Under the pieces are notes generated by a model. That model was not told the origin of the DNA and made no database searches. It saw only the letters and a list, made by a program, of their open reading frames with translations. The position numbers and the translations under genes were made by a program. This document shows, piece by piece, positions 51,452-63,678 of a stretch of DNA of 64,000 nt. The stretch lies in contig NC_086097.1 in NCBI RefSeq assembly GCF_963921235.1, positions 48,672,001 through 48,736,000 of the forward strand, read 5' to 3'. This stretch comes from Mobula hypostoma (Eukaryota). Each line of letters opens with the position of its first letter. The stretch's first letter is position 1.

Positions 51452-52050
51452 CAGAACAGAATCAGGTTTAATATCGCTGCCGCATGTTGTGAAATTTGTT
51501 GTCTTTGTGGCAGCAGTACAATGCAATACATAATAATAGGAAAAAATGTTAATTACAGTAAATATATATATATATAAAATAGTTATATTAAATGTACTGC
51601 AAAAATAGAATAGAAAGTAGTGAGGTAGTGTTCATGGGTTCAATGACCACTCAGAGATTGGATAGCAGAGGAGAAGAAGCTATTCCTGAAATGTCGAGTG
51701 TGTGCCTTTAGGCTTCTGTATTCCTTCCTGATGGTATCAATGAGAACAAGACATGTCCTGGGTGATGGGGATCTATAATGATGGATGCCAACTTTTTGCG
51801 ATATTACTCCTTGAAGATGTCTTGGATACTACAGAGGCTAGTGCCCTTGATGGAGCTGACTAAGTTACAATTCTGCAGCTTATTTCAATCATATGGAGTG
51901 GCACCCCGCCCCATACCAGACAGTGATGCAGCCAGTTAGAATGCTCTCCATGGTACATCTGTAGAAACTTGTGAATATCTTTGGTGACGTATCAAATCTC
52001 CTCAAACTCCTAATGAAATGTAGCTGCAGTCGTGCCTTCTTTGTAGCTGT
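51452..52050 (-). mobile_element. Rex1/Babar 3' end (family of 34673-35600)
   Basis: Collinear with 34673-35500; CAGAATCAGGTTTA tail. Confidence 0.88.
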
Positions 52051-52319
52051 AACCTAGCAGAATGACACTGAGATGTGCAAGGAAACTGGAACCTCCAAAG
52101 GAGATTCATGTGTCTAAGGTGGAACAAGCAGACTTCAGATAAGTAGCACTAGAGGACTGAACCCAAATCCATGAATCTGCCAGGCAGCAGCGCGAACTAT
52201 ACCACCTTGGGCGTTGTACTCTTGATGTAAATAAGCAAGTGCAGATATACAGAATTAGAAACCAAAATGAAATAAAAATACCAAGTGCATTAACCAGCAA
52301 CCACAAATGTACAAATAAA

Positions 52320-52922
52320 GGTGCCACAGTAGTGTGGTGGTTAGCATAATGCTATTACAGCGCCAGTGAACTGGGTTCAATTCTTGTCACTGTCTGTGAG
52401 GAGTTTGTACCGTAGTTGAACGGGTTTCCTCCATGTTCTCTGGTATCCTCCCTCATTCCAAAGACATATTAGATTAATTGTTCATATAGGTCTTGATAGA
52501 GCAGACGTGGAGAGGATGGTTCCTATGGTGGGAGTGTCTAACTCCAGAGGATACAGCCTCAGAATAGAGGGGCATCCATTTAGAACAAAGAAGAGGAGGA
52601 ATTTCTTTAACCATAGAGTGGTGAATCAGTGGAATTTGTTGCCACAGGCAACAGGCGTGGAGGCCAAGTCTTTACATATATTTAATACACAGATTCTTGA
52701 TGGATCCATCGATTGGTTAGGGCATGAGGGATATGGGGAGAAAGCAGGAGATTGGGGCTGAGAGGAAAAATGGATCAGCCATGATCAATTGGTGGAGCAG
52801 ACTCGATGGGCCAAATGGCCTAATTCTGCTTCTATATCTTATGGTCTTATAGATGTCATAGGGTGGTGTGGACTCATTGGGCTGGAAGGAGCTGTTACTG
52901 TGCGGTATCTCTCAAAAAAAAT
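52320..52922 (+). mobile_element. V-SINE split by a CR1 3' fragment (about 52489-52850)
   Basis: SINE head and V-domain at 52320-52488, CR1 ORF 52507-52761 (RRNFFNHRVV), SINE tail resumes at 52851-52922. Confidence 0.82.
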
Positions 52923-53797
52923 GTAATACTGTGAACTGTAAATACATTACTAAGCAAGTTAACCGCTGGCCAATTTGACAATAAAATCCCAATGGCAATC
53001 CCTTTTTTAAAGTGCTGAATAATTTTATAATTCAGTTTATGATTACTTGCAATTCCTATATGACATTATAAATTTCCATGAAAGAGTTCATGGAAAAATA
53101 GGCTTACATTATAGATGCTGTAAGGTATAAATTTAAAAAGCCTGATCGAGGAGGTTTTGTCAATTTTTAACAAAATTAAGGAAAAAATAGCCCTGTCTTT
53201 AATGCTTCGATCACCTAAATTCTAACAAAGTCTAGTCCGCACACACTGGCGTTCAGGTGAGTGGAAAGTTTGAAGAGCTAATATATAGCCATTAGCAGAG
53301 CACTGGGGCATTGGAGGAAATCCAGTGACCCTAAACTGAAATAATGGACTGGAAGAAATTGAAAAATTGAGATTTGATTTCATGTACTTCAGTTTCTAGG
53401 TGATAAATTGCTTTGGAGTTAAAGAAAATGGTTTTGAAAGAGGACAAAATGCTATCATCTTATCAGAATTTTTCTTGCCAGGATCCTCTTTCTTCATGAC
53501 AAAATGATGATTTAATTCTCCACTAGTGCATTTTGCTGTATTGCTCCATGGTTCAGCACAGAGCACGGCAATATGAAAACTCCCTTGACTGCTGGATGCT
53601 CACCAGATATATTCTTTCTCAGTGGTGAATTATATGCAAATATAGTGAGTGTCAGCCTGGCTCACTCATACTCTCTAAAGTTGGATTTCCTCAAAATTCA
53701 TCCTGGGAGCACTGCTGAGCACTCAATGTCTGAAATTCAAGACAATACCGGAACTGGGTATTGGAAGGAGATTAGAATGTGCACCTGCTACAACATT

Positions 53798-53905
53798 GTC
53801 TGTATTCTGGTATCTTCCCCCTTCCTTCTCAAAACGTCAACTATTTATTCTTTTCCATAGATGCTGCCTAGCCTTCTGGGTTCCTCCAGCATTTTGTGTG
53901 TGTTA
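53798..53905 (+). mobile_element. Penelope-type terminal repeat fragment, hammerhead 5' half deleted
   Basis: AAAACGTCAACTA (53831-53843) followed by CCATAGATGCTGCC...TTCCTCCAGCATTTTGTGTGTG. Confidence 0.7.
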
Positions 53906-54419
53906 CATTGCCTGATTAATATCCGAGCTGAGAAATAATGCCAAGGAAGTTAGAGACTGGAGCTTAAGTCCTGTGGTGGGTTTCAGCTCGAATAAACAGC
54001 AAATTGCCTTTTCCAAAAGCTCCCTTCTGGAAAGCACTATAGGTCTACTAAAACAAAACCTTCATGCCACCTTAAAAGTTTCTTTCCCCCAGGCACATAA
54101 ATCTGATCAACCATTCTATTTAGAACCCCCCCCCACCCTACGCCTCTCCATCTACTACCTCAGTCACTGCACTGTACTGTACTGTAAATACTTTTAAACC
54201 ACTTTCTATAATGCTAGTTGCATTGTAAGGTCATGGTGGCAATTATTCCATACTTTAACCTCTAACTTTGTACTTCATATAATTCTTTATTTTTTGTAAT
54301 TGTTAAATGTTGTTGGTTTTTGTTGCATGTCATGCTAACATGTCACAGTAAATTCCTAATACGTATAAACTTATGATGAAGAAAGTTAATCCTAGGTCCT
54401 TGAGTGCCTCTGTAACTTT

Positions 54420-55220
54420 CAGCAACAACCTTGCACTCAGTGTCAGTAAGACCAAAGAACTTACTGTGGACTTTAGAAAGGATAGGATGAAGGTTCACAA
54501 ACCAATCCTCATAGAGGGATCAGAAGTGAAGAGAGTGAGCAATTTCAAGTTCCTGGGTGTCAAGGTGTCTGAGGATCTAACCTGGTCCAAACAAATCGAA
54601 GCAGTTATAATGAAGGCAAGGCAGAGGCTTACATCTCATTAGGAGTTTGAAATTTGGTTTGTCACCTAAGACACTCAAAAACTTCTGTGGAGAACATTCT
54701 GACAGGCTGCATCACTGTCTGGTTTGGGGGTGGGTGGGGGGTGGTGTGCTACTGCACAGGATCGAAAGAAGCTACAGAAAGTTGTCAAATTAGTCAGTTC
54801 CATCTTGGGTACTAGCCTCTGTCTGTCTAAGATGTCTTCAAGGAGCAGTGTCTGAGAAAGGTGGTGTCCTTCATTAAGGACCCCCATCACCCAGGATATG
54901 TCCCTTTCTCATTGTTACTGTTAGGTAGGAGGTTCAGAAGCCTAAAGACACATATTCAGCGATTCAGAAACAGCTTCTTCCCCTCTGCCATCTGATTCCT
55001 AAATGGACAATGACCCCATGAACACGACCTCACTTTTATTATTTCTGTTTTTGTACTATTTTTAACTTAACTATTTAATCGACTTAATATGTATATACTT
55101 ACTATAATTGATTTCTTATTTATATTTTTTCCATATTATCGCGTATTGCATTGTACTGCTGCCACTAAGTTAACAAATTTCATGACCTATGCCAGTGATA
55201 TTAAACCTGATTCTGATTCT
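54420..55220 (+). mobile_element. Rex1/Babar 3' end
   Basis: NNLALSVSKTKELTVDFRK, FKFLGV; tail AAACCTGATTCTGATTCT. Confidence 0.9.
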
Positions 55221-55831
55221 ACCAGTTCTCTGTAGAAGTAAGAATTTATATTTAAGTACCATAATTACACTTCTTCTCAGATACCTTCAAACTCTGTTTT
55301 CTGGGGCTGGACCATTCCAAATGTGGTGCAAAAGGAAGCAAAATGACTGGGTAACACATATTTCCTGCTCAGACCAGGCAGGTCTGGATTATATGTTTAC
55401 TTTGGGAAATAGGCTCTTGGCAGTCTCACTGGAAATTAGCAGCTGGTTACACACAAGAGTTAATTTCTGACACTATTAGTTTGCTTGCTGGAAAACTCTG
55501 AACACAATGCAAAATGTGAAGACTAGCAATGTTTAAAGGAGTGACTATGGATTTGCTTACATGCTGGCCCAGTATTCCTTTCCCATTACCGTCGGTTCAC
55601 TTAGGGTTTCTCTTCTTTTGCTCTTTTCCCCTTTCCATCTTTCCATCACTCTTACACATGTCCACCTGGGTTTCTACTATCTTGACATCACCTCCCTATT
55701 TGTTTCCCCACCTGGTAGTATCTGCCAATAATCCCTCCCTCATCTGGTTTCACATCACCTGCTCCTACCATCCACACCTCCACATACTGTCATCCCGATC
55801 TTCACCTCCCCCAGCCCCCACCTTCCACCAA

Positions 55832-57399
55832 CTCCCCAGTCACCATGGACTCACTTTCACTAGTGTGTGGGTGAGAAGGGCTCTGGGGAAACTCAGACAC
55901 GGCAAAGCATTGGGACCGGATGGTGTGATCCCTGAGGTCCTGAAGGAGTGTGCTGAGCAGATGTGTGGATTTCTCCAGTGCATGTTCGATCTGAGTCTCA
56001 GCCTGGAGAGGGTCCTGACCGTGTGGAAAACATCTTGTGTGCTGCTAGTACCCAAAAAGTGCTGACCGAATGTCTTGAATGACTGCTAACCAGTGGCCCT
56101 GACCTCACACATCATAAAGACCCTAGAGAGGCTGGCCCTGGTTCACCTCTGACACTGGTCAGATCTGGCCTTGATCCCCTGCAGTTTGCCTACCAGGAGC
56201 ACATTGGAGCTGACGATGCTGTCATCTACCTGCTGAACAGAGAACACTCCCATTTGGATAAGCTGGGCAGCACTGTGAGGATCATGTTCTTTGATTTCTC
56301 AAGTTCCTTCAATACCATAGAGCCCTCATTGCTGGGGAAAACCTCCATTTATTGCAGGTTGGCACTTCCATTGTATCCTGGATAATAGACTAATTGACTG
56401 GCAGACCACAGTTTGTGCGGCTTCAGAGCAATGAGGCAGACATGGCTATAAGCAGCAACAGGCGCTCCACAAGGGACTGTATGGGCTTCCTTCCTGTTTA
56501 CCCTGTATATATCGGACTTTAGATACAACATTGAGTCATGTCGTCGGCAGAAGTTCTCCGATGACTCAGCAATAGTTGGGTGCATAAAGGGAGGATTGGA
56601 GGATGAATACAGGGCCCTGGTGGAGGACTTTGTCAAATGGTGCAAGCTGACTCATCTGCAGCTCAAAGTAAGACAAAGGAGATGGTGATGGACTTTAGCA
56701 AGACTAAGCCTGTCACTATTGATAGTGAGGACATGGATGTGGTGAGGACCTACAAGTACCTGGGGGTACACCTGGACGACAATTTAGAGCAGAGTACCAA
56801 CACAAAGGCTGTATACAAGAAGGGCCAAGGTCACCTCTACTTCCTTGAGGAGACTGAGGTCCTTTGGAGTATTCAGGCCTTTCCTTCACGTTCTACCAGT
56901 CTGTTGTCACCAGTACGGTCTTCTGTGTGGTGGTGTGCTGGGACAATGGCATCAAAATGGGTGATGCCAACAGGCTCAATAAACTGATTAGAAAGGCTGG
57001 CTCTGTTAGAGGACTCAAACTGGACGCACTGGAGGTTATAGTAGAACAAAGGACCTTACGGAAAATCCTGGCAATTCTGGACAATGTTTCTCATCCCCTG
57101 CATGGCAGTTTAGCTGAATAGAGGAGCATTTTCAATAATAGACTAAGACAACTGTGCTGCTCCAAAGAGCGCTATATGAGGTCATTCTTACCCTCGGCCA
57201 TCAGGCTCTATTAACGAGTCAACATTTACCCGTGAAAGTGATCTTGAAATCTTTGACTTGTAAATTTTGTACATCTTATTTATAAGGAAACGTATTTTTA
57301 ATCTTTCTTGCTTCTCTTCTAATATTTGTATATCTCTGCATTTGTAATGCTACTGAGACACTGTAATTTCCTTTGGGATCAATAAAATATCTATCTATC
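55832..57399 (+). mobile_element. Rex1/Babar LINE, disrupted RT and 3' end
   Basis: KALGPDGV, WKTSCV, DPLQFAYQ, MFFDFSSSFNTI, GAPQGTV, KFSDDSAIVG, YKYLGVHLD; tail AATAAAATATCTATCTATC. Confidence 0.93.
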
Positions 57400-57860
57400 A
57401 CCTCCAGCCTCGATTTTTATCTTCCCTTCTCCCAAACCTGGTTTCACCTGCATTTCATACCCCCACTTCACCTGATTCTATCTATCACCTGTTTCACCTT
57501 TCCCTCTCATTTCTTTACCTTGGCTCTGCTCCCTCTATAGTCTGTTTTAAGTTCAGAATCTATGCCTTTACCTCCAACAGATGCTGCACAAGCTGTTGAG
57601 TTCCTCCAGCAGTTTGTTTTTGCTGCTCATACCATGCCTTTCTATTTCCCTGATTTGGAAACGAGAATCTGATGGCAATGTATTTTTAGTGAGTTGGGAA
57701 GATAAAGTTAATGTTAGATACGAGAACAATTTTTGGCAATGTGCAATGTATTGAATATTCTCTCATGTGGGATTCAGAGAATAAAGGTCACGTTTGGTGG
57801 AAGATTGTATTTTTAACAAGAGATTTGATGTTGGCTCCAAGAACAGCCCTGTGGCTTCAC

Positions 57861-58261
57861 CATCATCATTATCATTATATCATCATCATCAACATCATTA
57901 TCATATCATCATGATCATCATCATCATGTGCTGTGTTGTATGACATTGGTGATCGTGGTCTTTGATTATTTTTGTTCTTGGTAAATTTTTCTGCAGAAGC
58001 GGTTTGCCATTGCCTTTTTCTGGGCAGTGACCCCAGCCATTATCAATACTCTTCAAAGATTGTCTGCCTGGTGTCAGTGGTCGCATAACCAGGACTTGTG
58101 ATATACACCAGCTGCTCAAATGACATCCACCTCCTGCTCCCATGGCATCACATAATCCTGACTGGGAGGCAAACACCTTGCCCAAGGGTGACCTGCAGGT
58201 TAGCGGAGGGAAGGAATGCCTTACACCTCCTTTGGTAGAGACACATCTCCTCCTGCCACCC
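57861..58261 (-). mobile_element. Complete SINE with RTE-type tail and (TGA)n end
   Basis: TSD (G/A)TGGCTTCAC at 57851-57860 and 58262-58271; AAGGCAATGGCAAACC motif; (CAT)n tract on the plus strand. Confidence 0.85.
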
Positions 58262-59404
58262 ATGGCTTCACAACTGAGTCTCTTTGCCAGTTAAAATGTT
58301 TGTTGGTTTTCAAGAGTAGGATGCACGGTTTTTGGATGGTAGTGCTTGTCATAATATCCTCTCCTCACAGTGATGAGTCTTTTGCATGATGTCGTTGATG
58401 TGAACTCCAAGCATTACATTCAATGATAAATATTACTGATGCTGTAAAGAGAATCCAAGACACCCAAAGGGACAACACTGGAGAAACTTTGTCGAGACTT
58501 CCTCATCTTTGACAAACCATTTACACTTTGAAGGTGTCACCTGAACTGACAAAGAACTTTGTTACTCCACCGATGAGAGAAAGCGAAACTCTGGAAGAGA
58601 AGTGGGAGGAAGCAGGGAAAACTGCAGGGTGGCTCCAGTTCTGCATGAGGATAAGGTTACCTGCTCTAGCCATCCTCTACCTGCACTCCCAGAGCTTCCC
58701 TCTGGGTGCTCGGCTCCTCAATGATCCTGAGTGTCAGTCAGCACACTTTGTGCCTTTAGAGCAATAGAAGCAACTAGCAGGTTGGTTTAAAGCTGTTCCC
58801 AATCGACATTTGAACACTAAGCCTGAAGTTGCGTGGTCTGAACCTGTAGGTATGTTCAGCTGTAGTCATCATCAGTTTGGGTTGAATTTCAGTGCTAAAC
58901 CTAAACTTGGAACTTGGATTCAGTACCACTCAACCCAGTCCAGTTCCAGTGAAAACCTCAGAACAGCTGAAATTCAGGGATTTGGCTAAATTGCTCAATG
59001 TACCTGATTTTCTTTCCAGGTGTCTGAAGCATTACTACACAAAGGACTTTAGGAGAGGCTGTGGTGCCCAACAGCCTGCAGTTCTATCATTTTGGATGGC
59101 ACAAATTTAATCCAAGCTGTCCAGCTTTCACAATATCAGTGAGGCCTGTCTTCAAGGGGATCTCTGTGACCATCTCCCAGGCTGGTGTGGGGGACTCAAT
59201 CTTGCAGGTTCTCTTTAAAGTTAAAAAAAAACTCCCCAGCTCTGCTTTGATTTCCCCTTCCCCACCCCAAAATCCAGCCATATCAATGCCCCATACAGCT
59301 CCAAGTCACCTAACCTTCAACCCTCACTTCACCCGTCTTCTCACCTACTGATCTAACAACCCAATCTGACTGTACCACCCACCTAAACCTACCAATTGGC
59401 CGAA

Positions 59405-59566
59405 ATCTACTCCTCATCTTTTTTTTTCTCCAGTCCTGCTGAAGGGTCTTGGCCCGAAACATTGACTGTCCTTTTGTCCATAGATGCTGCCTGGCCTGCT
59501 GAGTTCCTCCAGCATTTAGTGTCTGTTGCTTGGATTTCCAGCATCTGCAGATTTTCTCTTGGTTGT
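59405..59566 (+). mobile_element. Penelope-type terminal repeat with hammerhead-like motif (59431-59468)
   Basis: CAGTC-CTGCTGA-A-GGGTCTTGGCCC-GAAAC-ATT-GACTG, then the shared repeat body. Confidence 0.8.
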
Positions 59567-59650
59567 GATCTCACCCAGTACTGGCTTTAGCCTCACCTGC
59601 TCTCCCATGCACACTCTCCTCTGACGGTACACAGGGAGCAAAGGCTTTTT

Positions 59651-59710
59651 GTGTGCAAGGCAGAGTTAGCAGCACGCGTGTGCAAGGCAGAGTTAGCAGC
59701 ACGTGTGTGC
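59651..59710 (+). repeat. 27-bp tandem duplication
   Basis: GTGTGCAAGGCAGAGTTAGCAGCACG(C/T) twice plus GTGTGC. Confidence 0.9.
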
Positions 59711-61446
59711 TCCTGTTCCAAGTTGATTTGAGACACTGATCAATCTCAACCCAGCAGACTCTGAGAAAAATACTGTTATGAACAGAGTACTCATTCCTCT
59801 CCCACTTTTAACCTCTGGCCATTGCAACCCCAATGCGACTTTTCACTGAGAAATTTTTCAAACTTGATCTGCATTCAGCGGTACTAAATGTAGCATGCAG
59901 TAGTAACAGCGCCATGTAATTTGCCTTGGAAATTCAGTTCCAATGGACCTTCCTTTATTAAGTACAGGCTTCTGTGAACTGTGCCTAATCAGTAACTTTG
60001 AACGCTATCAGACATGCACCATTAGTGTTGCCAGGTTTAGAAAACAAATTACCAACTGTAATTCCTACCCCGATACATGAAGCTAAATAGAACTGTCAGT
60101 GGAGAAGATTTATTGTTAGCAGCTGAGCAAACTTAATTTTATAGCTTGTATCAAAAGTTGACCGTGAACCTGGCTTTTGGACAACAGGATAATTACTATT
60201 ATCTCACATATATTATTCTATGTACACTTATTTCCTTCAAATGTTAAAAACATTCCATGTTCAACTTAATTCATTCTAGCCATAAGGAGGAGGATTCCAG
60301 TGCCTCGGTCTTGCATTGCAGCACAGATGCAACAAATATATAGCCTGTAAGCTGCATTATTAGACATACATTAACATAATTGCATGCTGGATATTATTGC
60401 AATTAATTACTAATTAGTATTTCTACAATGTTCTGGTCAATTGCCATAAAGTGGCATGAATTCTGTAGATGTTTTAATATTCTTTATCAGTTTGTCACTA
60501 TCTACGTCCACATGTTAGTTCTGCATTTCATAGCATTTTGTACTAAAGAGTACTTGCCCTTATCCAGTTTTCTATTTAGAAAATGCTGGTGAAAATAATA
60601 ACTATTCTTAATTCTGTTGGCGGGAATATGCCTTGCAGGTTCCCCAGGCTTTAGAAGCATTAATCCATCTGTTGTGGTGCAAACAGTCTTTTGGGGGAGA
60701 GACCGTATCATTTTAGGTCTGTTTGTGGAGGCGTATGGCTCTGTCCTAGCAATCTGCTAAGGGAAATTAATTTGTTAGCATGGTGGTCTGGCTCTATAAT
60801 ACATATCTATTTCTCTTAGTTGTCTTGGCAATATGGGGGAGATGAGCATGGTATGTATCCAATCTCTGGAAGTCAATTAGAAACAGAGGTGTGGGAGTAT
60901 GATCATTTTGCTTTAATTATTTAAGGTACCAGTGGGTATTAAATTAACTAAATTTGAAACAAGTCTGTTCCTAATCATAAGCACAGTTGGAGATTGTACA
61001 CAATCAGCTCACCATTAATTGCCTGTATATGCAAATGCATAATCAGTGCTGTTTCCAAAAAGTTAAGGGTAGCTAAATTGGGTGGTTACATGGATGGCAA
61101 TTTATTACTAACCCTGGCCCAGTGCTCACTTCCCTTGGCACTGCCTGATCTTTATATTGGTTCATCTCTCCTATTGACCAGCAGCCAAAGCCTGCTCTGA
61201 GTTGGACTGACTCCCATGATGCAACTTTCCTCCAGGACTCGGCTCATTGGTCAAGCACAGGACAAGCCTGATCAAAATAGGCACTGCACTTGCAGTGGCA
61301 GTTCACCCAAACTTGCAAGTTTACCAGCTGTTGGAGAGGAGAATGTCTGTGAATATCTTTGTTATTCAGAAACATTCATTGAAACTCAAAAACTATTAAA
61401 AGCAGTCCTTTAACTCTTAAAATATTTCAAAAACTGAGCACAATGA

Positions 61447-61650
61447 AAATTCAAAGTACATTTATTATCAAAGTATGTATGAAGTATACAACCTTGAGAT
61501 TTGTCTTCCAGCAGACAGCCACAAGACAAACTCCACAGAACATGTTCAGAGGAAACATTAGACACCCAGTGCAGAAAAAAAGAGAACAAATCACAGAAAC
61601 AGCAAAAAGGAGTGAAAAATCCACAGAATATTAAATGTCAAACCATAGGG
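61447..61650 (-). mobile_element. 3' fragment of the non-autonomous retroposon family
   Basis: Reverse complement resembles 19630-19738. Confidence 0.6.
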
Positions 61651-61707
61651 TCACAAAGAGATACTTTTTAAAACAAGAATCTATTTTCATTGAAAATGAA
61701 ATAACAA

Positions 61708-61935
61708 TACACAGAGTTCAGTGAGTGCTTGGAATGAGCTGCCAGAGGAAGAGGTTGGGGAAGGTACAATTGCCACAATTAAGGGGCAATTGGATAGGTA
61801 CACGGAGGGGCGGAGCTTGGAGGATAATTGACCAAATGTGGGCAACTGGCACTAGCAAGGAGAATGTTGTGGTTGGTATGGATCAATTGGGCCAAAGGAC
61901 CATTTCCATGCTATATCACTCTATGAAACTATGAA
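61708..61935 (+). mobile_element. Old CR1 3' fragment
   Basis: TGGAATGAGCTGCCAGAGGA...CTCTATGAAACTATG. Confidence 0.75.
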
Positions 61936-62380
61936 ATATGATCCACTAATTCATAAAAGGATTTTTTTTTGTACTTATCCTACTCTCCAGTACCTTTTGC
62001 AAAGAATAGGGACTCTGGGCTTCCCTACATGCAATTTCTCAAGCCTAAGTGTGGAATTTACTCAGGCATGGACTTGAGAGATTGGGTAGAAGGTTGGGAT
62101 GTCTTCCTTTGCTTGGGAGTCCTAAATTTTCATCCACTAACATCTTTAGAAGCTACAATATGGAGGCAAATCTGCAGAGTTTGAAGCTATTTATGGGCTG
62201 AAAACATCAACGCAGGTTACTACTGGGAGTGGACGGCTAGCCTGCACCTCATAAAGGGGTTGTCCCTTGTTGGATCAGCTGCAGGCTGTTATTGTAGTGA
62301 TTCTAAGATGAATCTGGCCTTAGAAAGGTTGAATGATACTATGAGATAGGAGCCAACAGGCTTTAAGAAATGGTCTGGAT

Positions 62381-62734
62381 TAGTGGCCCCCAAACTCTGG
62401 GCCGCGGACCGATACATTGCCACAAAGAATGCAGTGGTGCAGCGGTAGCCAGAACGCACCCAGCACATCTTTAAGAAAAAAAAGCTGAAATAAACAAGCT
62501 AATTAATTAGGTGCCACCCAGCACGTAAATGTCGGCCCAGATCAGAGGCGATTGCCGATCGCGTCGCCTCTGATCTGGGCCGATATTTATGTGCCGGGCG
62601 GCACCTAATTAATTAGCTTGTTTATTTCAGCTTTTTTTTCTTAAAGATGTGCTGGGTGCATTCCGACTACCGCTGCACCCCTGCATTCTTTGCGGCAATG
62701 TATCAGTCCACGGCCAGGAGGCTGGGGACCACTG
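62381..62734. mobile_element. Palindromic hAT (Charlie-like) MITE, 354 bp
   Basis: Almost the whole element is an inverted repeat; termini (T/C)AGTGG(C/T)CCCC; 8-bp TSD GTCTGGAT/GTCTGGTT (62373-62380, 62735-62742). Confidence 0.92.
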
Positions 62735-62798
62735 GTCTGGTTCGTGCAAAACTGCTCTTTGAGGTAAATGCTTTTATTCAACTGGTAATTATGGATGG

Positions 62799-63109
62799 TG
62801 TTAGCGCATGGCCAAGTGGTTAAGGCTTTTGTCTAGTGATTTGAAGGTCGCTAGTTCGAGCCTTGGTTGAGGCAGCGTGTATGTCTTTGAGCAAGGCACT
62901 TTACCACACAGTGCTCTACGATGACACTGATACCAAGCTGTATGGGTCCTAATGCCCTTCCCTTGGACAACATCGGTGGTGTAGAGAGGGAAGACTTGTA
63001 GCATGGGCAACTGCTGGTCTTCCAAACAACCTTGCCCAGGCCTACGCCCTGGAAACTTTCCAAGGCACAAATCCATGGTCTCGTGAGACTAATGGATGCC
63101 TATATATAA
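62799..63109 (+). mobile_element. tRNA-derived SINE with CORE-like segment
   Basis: A box TGGCCAAGTGG, B box GTTCGAGCC, TGTCTTTGAGCAAGGCACTTTACC; 12-bp TSD AATTATGGATGG (62787-62798, 63110-63121). Confidence 0.88.
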
Positions 63110-63299
63110 AATTATGGATGGATGAATAAATATTACAGTTATTCATTATATCATTTGAGGCAAATGCTTGTCACTAGGGAAATGAAATAAGCAACTCCAT
63201 TAATGAAATTGAAATTATGCCAGTTATGTGTTAGAACTCTAGCTTGTTACAGTTTTGTTAACTTTAAAGTAAGTACTTTAGTGATTGCTGTGGTATAGA

Positions 63300-63670
63300 C
63301 TTACAGTATGCTGCATTACCATGTGGTACAGAAACTGCACTACGGCAGACAGGTAGTTAAAACTGCCTGACGCATTACTGACACCAGCCTCCCTGCCATC
63401 AAGGTGCCAGAACAAGCTCAAGACTATCATGAAGGATCCCATCCATCCTGTTTATGGACTATTTCTCCCACTCCCATCAGGGGAGAGGCTGCACGGCATC
63501 GATACCAGGAGCACAAGACTCAAAATCAGTGACTTCCCCCAATCCATCAGGGTGATCAAAACCTCGACCTATTTACCCACTCCACCACACCCCAACCATC
63601 ACTACATGCACCTCACCAAGCGTCACTTTAGTTCATACAATTAGTCTATGTATATAACTGTTACTATACA
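63300..63670 (+). mobile_element. Old Rex1/Babar-like 3' fragment
   Basis: KDPIHPVYGLFLPLPSGERL...TRLKISDFPQSIR. Confidence 0.75.
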
Positions 63671-63678
63671 TCGTGTTT

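Noticed and set aside
55529..56065. 178-aa ORF
   Set aside because: Chance fusion of a C/T-rich tract with a Rex1 RT fragment.
58475..58790. GC-richer stretch with splice-like signals as a possible host exon
   Set aside because: No recognisable protein or consistent exon frame; cannot be supported without RNA data.
59651..59710. 27-bp direct repeat as a functional array
   Set aside because: Only two adjacent copies without spacer; a simple local duplication.
62805..62875. tRNA gene
   Set aside because: tRNA-like head of a TSD-flanked SINE with no complete cloverleaf; the same applies to 18098, 49970-50040 and 52320.
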